Source: Balanoglossus misakiensis
Lineage: Eukaryota; Animalia; Hemichordata
Length of the DNA: 64,000 bases
Direction: 5' to 3'
NCBI GenBank assembly: GCA_040954595.2
Contig: CM082580.2
Coordinates: forward strand, 4,888,783 to 4,952,782
Shown here: positions 44,901 through 50,964 of the stretch, piece after piece
Layout: the number at the start of each line of letters is the position of its first letter
Position numbering within the stretch: the first letter of the stretch is position 1
Notes under the pieces: generated by a model
What the model was told of the DNA's origin: nothing
What the model saw: the letters and a program-made list of their open reading frames with translations, nothing else
Database searches by the model: none
Translations under genes and position numbers: made by a program

Positions 44901-45197
44901 GATTGCTCTTTATAACATCCTCCTTGATAAATGGAATGATTTAGATTATGTCTGTGGCATTAACAAGGTGTTTGGTGACTAGTTTATGTCATTGTGTCCT
45001 GAAATCATAACATGAATCAGCGTTATAGTAGTAGAAAGTAACGCTTTCCTATATTGTCCACTTTTCAGGTATTTGAAATTGCGAAGTTGATGAAAGCCTA
45101 CATCAACGAGATAGTACGCAAGAGGCACAGTGTGGCCATGGATGAATTTGCCATGAGTAGATCCCCAATTGCACTTAGTGATAACGATCTCATATGA
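8615..45197 (+). CDS. MYO10: Unconventional myosin-X (motor-3IQ-SAH-PH1N/PH2/PH1C-PH3-MyTH4-FERM); 44 coding exons, 5' exon(s) not located
   Basis: Exons with AG/GT boundaries join in frame (5541 nt including TGA). Motifs: [61 protein letters not shown] motifs, WKKRWFVL x2, MyTH4 [13 protein letters not shown]. The PH-MyTH4-FERM tail is diagnostic of class X. Confidence 0.95.
9328..9515 (+). CDS. MYO10: MYO10 exon ([14 protein letters not shown]...NQCVLIS)
   Basis: AG/GT boundaries; conserved motor motif. Confidence 0.93.
10500..10634 (+). CDS. MYO10: MYO10 exon, P-loop [10 protein letters not shown]
   Basis: ttcag|C GGT GAA AGT ... AG|gtaagt. Confidence 0.95.
11763..11887 (+). CDS. MYO10: MYO10 exon, switch I ([20 protein letters not shown])
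   Basis: Ends GAC T|gtatccttt (U12-type donor). Confidence 0.93.
11888..12122 (+). other. U12-type (minor spliceosome) GT-AG intron
   Basis: 5' splice site GTATCCTTTT; branch site TTTTCCTTGAC at ~12088-12098; no polypyrimidine tract before AG at 12121-12122. Confidence 0.88.
11914..11947. repeat. (GAT)n microsatellite
   Basis: Read directly. Confidence 0.9.
12123..12136 (+). CDS. MYO10: MYO10 14-nt micro-exon (F-LLEK)
   Basis: ag|TTCTTCTTGAAAAG|gtaagt supplies the otherwise missing D[FY]LLEK motif and restores the frame. Confidence 0.88.
14609..14693 (+). CDS. MYO10: MYO10 exon ([17 protein letters not shown])
   Basis: AG/GT boundaries; conserved motif. Confidence 0.93.
15095..15198 (+). 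CDS. MYO10: MYO10 exon (FHYLNQSGC)
   Basis: AG/GT boundaries; in frame. Confidence 0.9.
15409..15538 (+). CDS. MYO10: MYO10 exon ([16 protein letters not shown])
   Basis: AG/GT boundaries; in frame. Confidence 0.9.
15961..16079 (+). CDS. MYO10: MYO10 exon ([12 protein letters not shown])
   Basis: AG/GT boundaries; in frame. Confidence 0.9.
16590..16736 (+). CDS. MYO10: MYO10 exon, switch II (SRDSLAM...[13 protein letters not shown])
   Basis: AG/GT boundaries; conserved motif. Confidence 0.94.
17265..17675. mobile_element. Non-autonomous Kolobok-like DNA transposon
   Basis: TTAA|GGATGTACG ... CGTACATCC|TTAA; perfect 25-bp internal inverted repeat 17352-17376 / 17496-17520. Confidence 0.75.
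17680..17965. mobile_element. Truncated second TTAA-type (Kolobok-like) element abutting the first
   Basis: TTAA|AGTAGTATGCGCC terminus, related to TTAA|GGTAGTATGCACC at 27884; contains a GGTGACCCCT motif. Confidence 0.45.
18070..18237 (+). CDS. MYO10: MYO10 exon, relay helix ([16 protein letters not shown])
   Basis: AG/GT boundaries; conserved motif. Confidence 0.94.
21030..21240 (+). mobile_element. ~210-bp Tc1/mariner (Tc2-like) MITE, copy 1
   Basis: TA|CTGTAAAACGGGAAA ... TTTCCCGTTTTACAG|TA; TTTCGCG-rich interior. Confidence 0.8.
22002..22094 (+). CDS. MYO10: MYO10 exon ([19 protein letters not shown])
   Basis: AG/GT boundaries; conserved motif. Confidence 0.92.
23487..23638 (+). CDS. 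MYO10: MYO10 exon ([17 protein letters not shown])
   Basis: AG/GT boundaries; conserved motif. Confidence 0.93.
23830..23929 (+). CDS. MYO10: MYO10 exon (loop 2, TVSSQFK)
   Basis: AG/GT boundaries; in frame. Confidence 0.9.
24256..24336 (+). CDS. MYO10: MYO10 exon ([11 protein letters not shown])
   Basis: AG/GT boundaries; conserved motif. Confidence 0.93.
24581..24596 (-). promoter_or_regulatory. CTCF-like motif
   Basis: Reverse complement GCCACAAGAGGGCGCT. Confidence 0.35.
24873..24997 (+). CDS. MYO10: MYO10 exon ([18 protein letters not shown])
   Basis: AG/GT boundaries; conserved motif. Confidence 0.93.
26088..26251 (-). mobile_element. Inverted, truncated copy of the 17265 element's right end
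   Basis: TTAAGGATGTACG...AAATTCATTGGTCAAATAAAAT is the reverse complement of ~17513-17679. Confidence 0.7.
26395..26613 (+). CDS. MYO10: MYO10 exon, converter plus IQ1 ([11 protein letters not shown]; IQAFGKAY)
   Basis: AG/GT boundaries; conserved motif. Confidence 0.92.
27593..27647 (+). CDS. MYO10: MYO10 exon, IQ2 (IVIIQKTYK)
   Basis: AG/GT boundaries; in frame. Confidence 0.85.
28119..28291 (+). CDS. MYO10: MYO10 exon, IQ3 (IQAFARA) plus start of SAH
   Basis: AG/GT boundaries; in frame. Confidence 0.9.
28579..28652 (+). mobile_element. Short TTAA-CCC MITE copy, internally deleted
   Basis: CCAACCTTACCATAGAAAACAATGGGCTTGGACTGAAACATGGTCG matches the reverse complement of 39313-39406. Confidence 0.55.
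28747..28948 (+). CDS. MYO10: MYO10 exon, E/R/K-rich SAH
   Basis: AG/GT boundaries; in frame. Confidence 0.88.
29114..29154 (+). CDS. MYO10: MYO10 41-nt exon, SAH ([14 protein letters not shown])
   Basis: AG/GT boundaries; phase matches neighbours. Confidence 0.82.
29388..29547 (+). CDS. MYO10: MYO10 exon, end of SAH/coiled coil
   Basis: AG/GT boundaries; in frame. Confidence 0.86.
29899..29995 (+). CDS. MYO10: MYO10 exon, acidic linker into PH1 (EGYLTMK)
   Basis: AG/GT boundaries; in frame. Confidence 0.85.
30317..30393 (+). CDS. MYO10: MYO10 exon, PH1-N ([12 protein letters not shown])
   Basis: AG/GT boundaries; PH motif. Confidence 0.9.
30641..30699 (+). CDS. MYO10: MYO10 exon, PH2 start ([14 protein letters not shown])
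   Basis: AG/GT boundaries; PH motif. Confidence 0.9.
30843..30953 (+). CDS. MYO10: MYO10 exon, PH2 ([11 protein letters not shown])
   Basis: AG/GT boundaries; PH motif. Confidence 0.92.
31346..31444 (+). CDS. MYO10: MYO10 exon, PH2 (RTYYVVADT)
   Basis: AG/GT boundaries; in frame. Confidence 0.88.
31757..31906 (+). CDS. MYO10: MYO10 exon, PH2 end/PH1-C ([14 protein letters not shown])
   Basis: AG/GT boundaries; in frame. Confidence 0.9.
32931..33016 (+). CDS. MYO10: MYO10 exon, PH1-C ([13 protein letters not shown]...W)
   Basis: AG/GT boundaries; in frame. Confidence 0.88.
33434..33682 (+). CDS. MYO10: MYO10 exon, PH3 (GWLTKE...[13 protein letters not shown])
   Basis: AG/GT boundaries; PH motif. 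Confidence 0.92.
37348..37505 (+). CDS. MYO10: MYO10 exon, PH3 end ([10 protein letters not shown]...IETPTQQL)
   Basis: AG/GT boundaries; in frame. Confidence 0.92.
37979..38108 (+). CDS. MYO10: MYO10 exon, MyTH4 start (RNPILR...PLLPLPYG)
   Basis: AG/GT boundaries; in frame. Confidence 0.92.
38125..38213. repeat. 45-bp tandem duplication
   Basis: ACTTGT.TTGTGT.TTGAAACTCTATTTCCACCAATAGAGGG x2. Confidence 0.85.
38495..38606. repeat. (TATTG)n microsatellite
   Basis: Read directly. Confidence 0.92.
38646..38746 (+). CDS. MYO10: MYO10 exon, MyTH4 ([13 protein letters not shown])
   Basis: AG/GT boundaries; in frame. Confidence 0.9.
39059..39252 (+). CDS. MYO10: MYO10 exon, MyTH4 ([13 protein letters not shown])
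   Basis: AG/GT boundaries; MyTH4 motif. Confidence 0.94.
39313..39406 (-). mobile_element. Short TTAA-CCC (piggyBac-like) MITE, near full length
   Basis: Ends GAAGGGTTAA; homologous to copies at 3822 and 28579. Confidence 0.6.
39792..39915 (+). CDS. MYO10: MYO10 exon, MyTH4 end ([10 protein letters not shown])
   Basis: AG/GT boundaries; MyTH4 motif. Confidence 0.92.
39938..40150 (+). mobile_element. Tc1/mariner-type MITE, copy 2
   Basis: TA|CTGTAAAACGGGTTATTTTC ... GAAAATAACCAGTTTTACAG|TA. Confidence 0.82.
40230..40316 (+). CDS. MYO10: MYO10 exon, FERM F1 ([18 protein letters not shown])
   Basis: AG/GT boundaries; in frame. Confidence 0.92.
40781..41041 (+). CDS. MYO10: MYO10 exon, FERM (ADVLAKFE...FMFEQ)
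   Basis: AG/GT boundaries; in frame. Confidence 0.93.
41400..41512 (+). CDS. MYO10: MYO10 exon, FERM F2 ([11 protein letters not shown])
   Basis: AG/GT boundaries; in frame. Confidence 0.92.
41613..41782 (+). mobile_element. Tc1/mariner-type MITE, copy 3 (internal deletion)
   Basis: TA|CTGTAAAACACTTTATTTTCGCGAG ... CTCGCGAAAATAAAGTGTTTTACAG|TA. Confidence 0.85.
41987..42101 (+). CDS. MYO10: MYO10 exon, FERM F2 insert
   Basis: AG/GT boundaries; phase matches neighbours. Confidence 0.8.
42295..42505 (+). mobile_element. Tc1/mariner-type MITE, copy 4
   Basis: TA|CAGTAAAACACTTTATTTTCGCGAG ... AAAATAAAGTGTTTTACAG|TA. Confidence 0.85.
42546..42597 (+). CDS. MYO10: MYO10 exon, FERM F2 insert ([13 protein letters not shown])
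   Basis: AG/GT boundaries; phase matches; GTLR motif. Confidence 0.8.
43346..43437 (+). CDS. MYO10: MYO10 exon (SVIEKWKTL)
   Basis: AG/GT boundaries; in frame. Confidence 0.85.
44036..44232 (+). CDS. MYO10: MYO10 exon, FERM F3 ([19 protein letters not shown])
   Basis: AG/GT boundaries; in frame. Confidence 0.92.
44321..44531 (-). mobile_element. Tc1/mariner-type MITE, copy 5, inverted
   Basis: Same TIRs; interior AGATAACGATGCAG is the reverse complement of CTGCATCGTTATCT in copies 2-4. Confidence 0.85.
44607..44694 (+). CDS. MYO10: MYO10 exon, FERM F3 (IMSFGAP...FETSQ)
   Basis: AG/GT boundaries; in frame. Confidence 0.92.
45069..45197 (+). CDS. MYO10: MYO10 last coding exon (IAKLMKAYI...DNDLI*)
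   Basis: ttcag|GTA ... TGA at 45195-45197. Confidence 0.92.
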   Translation, partial: VFEIAKLMKAYINEIVRKRHSVAMDEFAMSRSPIALSDNDLI

Positions 45198-45314
45198 GGA
45201 GGGGAAAAATCATTCCAATCAAAGACTGGGGAAGACACCTGAATGGAAAATCCACACAAGTCGTAGAATTACATGCAGTCTCAGTTTTAACCGCTTGACG
45301 TCCATCAGCATATG

Positions 45315-45540
45315 CATTGGAAAATGTCCGCCATGGCTCAATGAATAATTCTACCAAATTTCATGCTTTTAACCCAAAGATCACGATTTTCAAGTATGAA
45401 TGTCTGTTTCGGGCCACTAGAGGGCGCTGTCATTTTGGATCCATATTGGAAAATGTTCGCCATGGCTCAATGTATAACTGTACCAAGTTTCATGCTTTTA
45501 ACCCCAAGTGCACGATTTTTTGGTTAACTGCCCCACTAAT
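45315..45540. repeat. Transposon-end remnant in the 3'UTR with a ~130-bp-period direct repeat
   Basis: ATTGGAAAATGT.CGCCATGGCTCAATG...TTTCATGCTTTTAACCC...CACGATTTT occurs twice; ends GCCCCACTA. Confidence 0.6.
45412..45429 (+). promoter_or_regulatory. CTCF-like motif
   Basis: GGCCACTAGAGGGCGCTG closely matches the CTCF core consensus. Confidence 0.45.
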
Positions 45541-48319
45541 AACCCTATATACCAAACACACTACAGAATCTTATTAATTTACGCCAGTATTATCTGGTAT
45601 GTAAGGTATATAGCATTTTAATATGGGGCTGGAAATTTCTGGCACTCGAGGTAGTCAAGGCTTGAATGGAATGGGAAGTCTATAATAAAGATAGAATGAC
45701 ACGAGAGTAGCGGGTCTACTAACACACCATCCTTCTTTGATTTTACTTCACCCTGTAACTGTAATTGATTGCCCATACTTTCATAGGTGTATCATTTTTA
45801 AAGTTATACATATTCAGTTGTTTTTTTAGCCACAGTTCCTCATTTTTATTATACTTCTGGCGACTTTTAAAGAAGTACAAAGTTCAGCGGAATTATAGTA
45901 ACATTATTTTGAATCTAGCATATGTCTTGCATACATTGCAAACTTAGTGGTTGACAGTCAAATATTACAATTGATGAGATGATTTGGGTAGATATAGATA
46001 GAAGTAAGTATTTTATGATTTATGTGTCAGATGTTTGGTTGTTTCTGTAGCTGCCGTATGAAGGCGTTTTAGAACATTCTTAAAACATCTTCAACTGTTC
46101 ACAAAACCTGCTCAGGTCAGATTGTAAAACTGTTCCAGAATGTGGCATCCAGCACTGTAGTGTATTCTTCACAGGTGACCTAACACCTGTTTCAAAACAT
46201 TTAGCAGGCTGTGTTTGAACACCATGCATTACTTTTAAGTCATTGCTACAGTAGAGCAAAGCCACCCAGTATTAAGACATGAAGATGAAGTCGAGTTGAG
46301 CATAATTTAAGGCCTTAATTTCTTTGGCTACCTGAAATACTGGCCCAGGTGTATTCTAGCAATACAGTTAAGTTCCGTAAATTTTAAGCTCCGGAAATTT
46401 CCGTTGTGATCATATAAACATCCCTGCTTTAATATTGTGGCAGTCAAGTGGTTGTATTAGAACACATTAGTAAAAGAACCTGTGTATATTTGCCATTAAA
46501 CACAAAATGGACCAACAGTAAAGAAGTTGAGTCAAGAGGTTGCAGTATTTAGCATGTACATATATAGAAATAATGTAATGTTTGTATAGATTTAAATGAC
46601 AGCAGTCCAACATTTAGAAATTTGACTTACATTTGAACCTTGAAGAAAATGAAGAGACTGTTGTGGTGCACAGATTGTAATCCAGAAACATGTTCTATTT
46701 ATCAGTATGTAATTATGATAAAACCTGATGAATTTTAGCTGTTTATGTAAAAAAAAATGCGTCTGACTTTGCTAAGGAGGCTGACTGTTGTTCATATTGT
46801 CTGGACATCTGAAGGTGGTATTTACATATGAAGCAAATACTCTGTGGTGGGCTTGTTCAATGCACCCCTTGTTGTATTTTGTGTGGGCTCAACTTGCACC
46901 ATTATAAACAATGGGGTCGAACCACATTGCAGTGTTGGAGATGGTTACAATGTCACATTTTCCTGTTGGTAACTGTGGTTTCGTCTAGGCTGTGGGATTG
47001 TGGGATGTGTTCATTTTGGCAAATGGTGTCTTGCTTGTTAAGTATTGAAAGGGGGTTCATGGCCAAGTTTAATGACCAATATGTAAAACATTACAAATCT
47101 TGACTCTTAAACATCTCCCTACTTGTGACAAAGAGGGCGCTGTTCATGCACTGAAACATCCAGACTCGAACTTCGGCTTGGTAGTAATGTATTCATCCCA
47201 CGTTTAATCTTTCCTTAATTAGTCAACTAGTATTATTGATCAATTATAACACGGAGCCTGAACACCAAATTGAATATTATGTCTGTCCAGCGGTGACACA
47301 ACATTCATGAAACAACTTGAAACCACCATAACCTCACATTTACGAAAGAAAAAATAATATAAAGGATAATAATCACTACTAACATTGAAGAAAAGTGAAA
47401 GATTTGTCACCTACTATACTGGTTTTTTGATACAAGCATATTTTCAAAATTTGTACTTTTGTATGCAACATTGTTATGAAAGACTGTTTTACTGTGAGAG
47501 AGAAAAAATATGTTTTAAAAATACGTTACTATGTGATTCTGTCTTGCTTACAAATTATACAAGACAGTAATGAAATAATGTGTTGGCTATATTGCTGGTA
47601 TTTGATTGCAGAATGTTCTTTTTGCAAAATTTGTACTTTTCTACACCGCATCCCAAAAGTGGAAGATACGTTTTTACTTTGAAAGCTAAAACAAATTATG
47701 TATTGAATGGTGTCTCACATAATATTAAACAAGACAACGGTAAAATTATATTAAAGAGCCTGCTATATGTAACATTAAAACTGGTACATTTGAGAAAACA
47801 AAACAGTGTACTTCTTGCCCTTTGGCTTACATTAAGTTTCACATCACGGCTTTCAATGTTATATATTTTTGTACAGAAGTTTTATACCGTTTGTAAGTGT
47901 ATGTACATGTATGTATGTAAGCGTTGTAGTTAGGTTATAAGGTGTTGGTGAATTTGCAGTAGCTGTACCTTTGGGGGAATTACATTATAATTGGTAGTAT
48001 TTTTTTCTCACAATTATACGTTGAATCATCCTGTGTTTTGAACTGTGCTTTGCAGTTCATTTATGATGTGCTTAAATTTTTGCTGTTGACAGATCAGTTT
48101 AGTTCAGATCCAAAGGCTTTAGCCATTCAGCATTACATTATGTATTCATTGGAAAATGCCTGGCTGTCAGTTTTCACGTGAAAGAAAGTTTTATACTGAA
48201 GTGTAAGAAACGAAGCTACAGAAAAGATATTTCACAGAAATAATTATGTCTGATTGCTACATTATACCTCGGACCTCCTATAAACAGAGCAATGTTAAAT
48301 TTATACCTTACTTTTTTGT

Positions 48320-48337
48320 AATAAATAAATAAATAAA
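48320..48337 (+). terminator. Tandem AATAAA polyadenylation signals, probable end of a ~3.1 kb MYO10 3'UTR
   Basis: Overlapping AATAAA hexamers at the end of an AT/TG-rich stretch, followed by an abrupt shift to CpG-rich sequence. Confidence 0.6.
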
Positions 48338-48344
48338 GATTTAT

Positions 48345-48628
48345 TTAAAACGCGTCACGAATCTCTCTTCTGGCGTCACCGAAATTCTAAAGATCTCGAA
48401 GTTCCGACCGCCTCGTTCCACGCCCCAAAAGGCAGCGTATGCATTCTAAGCGTGACAAATGTCAACTAATGGACGCATACCCTGGAACGAGGGTAGAATC
48501 GCCACGATACGTTCTATTTATCAGACAATCACAGCCGAACCCTCCGAGTAATCTTCTCGTACAGTTCGTGTTTAAACAGTCTCTGACATTTTCCATTAAT
48601 GTTACACTTTTATTCGTCGTAATTCAAT
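48345..48628 (+). promoter_or_regulatory. CpG-rich putative promoter/5'UTR of the pseudokinase gene
   Basis: Many CG dinucleotides compared with the CpG-poor myosin introns and UTR; directly upstream of ATG 48629. Confidence 0.4.
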
Positions 48629-49970
48629 ATGCCTTCTCTTCGTAAACGTCTCCGAATTGGTGCGCGCCGTTTTAGAAAAGCAGCCAGAGATCTCCGACGA
48701 AGAATGACGCTTTCTCCGACGTCTTTACCGGACAGCGAACAATCGGTTAGTGCATTACATGAATGGGTGTATCTAGATATGCTTTGATATGAACAACTTG
48801 ATTTGATTTTTGTAAGCTAATATTGTAAATACACAAAGTAACAGAAGCATTTTTATATAACAATCATGTCATCTGAGCAAAACGAATCTTATTAAAACTT
48901 AGATATGTTTTATTTTACAGAATAATTCGATTGGAATGGGAATCCAAAAGGAGCAGGAATATGCTGACGGCAAGACTTTAGGAATGCTGTCATTTGATGG
49001 CGATTTGGTAGGTGAAAGTTTCTTTAATGTTCAAATGAAATACACAGTATAACAAGCAGTTGTCACCGCACGAAGCCAAAGATTGTTTCCTTGATCGGCT
49101 AGAACAGTTTCGGCTGGAAAACCAACCATACACATATTCATCTCTCTTCTCAAAACGGCCAATACGATACGACAAACCAATAACGACTCTTTCATTTCTC
49201 ACGGTTTTTGTTTTTGCAGCGCAAGCTCTCTGTATCACAGAAACTAAAGATGGCCTCTCAGTTGTGTGACGACGTCTGCTATTTGCATAAAACTGGCGTC
49301 ATCCATCAGAACATCCACCCCGGCCGGATCGATGTAAGTATTCCAACGCATAAGAAATTAGTGGCTGGCGTTTAAGTTTAATATTGGGCTATCCGAAACA
49401 TATAATGGCTATGGAATACAGGCACAAAACTGATGACACTTCAATTCTGTGCAAGAGAGTCCTTATGCTTCGGTTATTGAATTATACAGAGTTAATTCCT
49501 ATGGTTATTTTTAGGTAAATCCCAAAACGTTCGATGTCAAACTTGTTCCGAGCACTGCTACCGCCCTCATCGACGAGGCATTTCCTTTCCGTGGTCTGGG
49601 CGAGACGAGATACATGTCACCCGAGTCTGTTCTTGACGACGGCGTCATCACACCGGCAGAAGACGTCTGGAGTCTTGGTATGACCCTGGCGGAGATTTTC
49701 ACCGGGTTCCGACCGTACATGAATTACCCCGGTTTGATTTCCACCGCCAATTACGAATCATTCCATCGGCACAACAGAGAATTACCCAGATTCCGGCAGA
49801 GAAGAAGCTCCACTGTAGAATGGCGTCTGTTCAGAGGACAGGGCGCCATATTGGAGCAAGTTGGAGTACTGATCAATCTAGCGGTGTGCCCGACGCCAGA
49901 ACTTCGACCATCAGCTCGCCAGTTGCTAGGCAACTTCAAAATGCTGATGGCAATGCAAAAAGACGACTGA
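48629..49970 (+). CDS. Protein-kinase-like (pseudokinase, C-lobe only), 4 exons: 48629-48745, 48921-49007, 49220-49333, 49515-49970; ~257 aa
   Basis: Phase-0 GT-AG introns join in frame. Motifs: hinge EYADGKTL, YLHKTGVIHQNIHP (VIb-like), VKLVPS (no DFG), GETRYMSPE (VIII), DVWSLG (IX), RPSARQLL (XI). An in-frame TAA lies just upstream of ATG 48629. Confidence 0.75.
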
Positions 49971-50964
49971 GCCTATTTATTATAATCTGACCTTAAAGTT
50001 CTATTTGCAGTGATGTTTCTTTATATTTAAAAATATATATTAATGCATATTGATTGTCAGTTTAATTTCATTTAATATTCCTATTTGTAGTAAAAATGTA
50101 GAGTTTTTATATACCATCTGAGTTGAGTGAATTTATTGGGGTGGGTGATGACTGAATTCCGATTGCAAGGAACTTCTTCACAGCACAACAGGATAAAAGA
50201 ACGGGCGGTCAAAGATGTTTGTTCTATTTTTTAAAGTGTCGCACTAGCTGTAGACGACACCGAGTCGGACCATTTGGTCGGAGATCAGATTATTTTTTTC
50301 AGGTTATCAAGGTAGTTTTGTAGTTCTGGTTCGGGGTATCATACGTAACCAACCAACCAGATCGTTCGTTTAAGCCCCAACCGCCGATCTCGGGGACTAA
50401 AAACCTGTCGGCACTATCTCATCTGCATATTATTGTTCTGTGCTTCGTACATTTTACATATTTCACTCGATTGTTGTGGTATCCTTATTGTTGGCTTATT
50501 AAACAAACTTTATAACGCACAGGATAGGATTTTGAAATCCCCAGTGTTTATTCTCTGCACGACCGAGGTACAGGGCACACTTTAAAAAAAAACGGAAGTA
50601 AGAAAACGACAAAATACTTTCTTGATGACTGCGTCTGGCAAACGGGGTCATGAAATGACCTATCAATGAATTGGTAGACCTACTTTCAAAGACAACTTTC
50701 AAAGGATGCGCTATGCACGTGTGCACGCTTTCAGCATATACAAAAGACGTCATCGCAGCTTTAGTTGTCTGCCTGAGAGGTCACAAGTAGAGTTCCGTGT
50801 GGGAGTCTCCACATTTGAATTTTTTTCAATTTCTTCCGTGTGGACCACTTCGGCGGACATTTTGCTCTTAAGACAGTGCACCACTGCTTGGCTCTCTGAG
50901 ATAGGACAATGTATTAAGGAGGGTAACCTTGATACTGGACGTCGGCCATACCTGTGCGTAGAGA

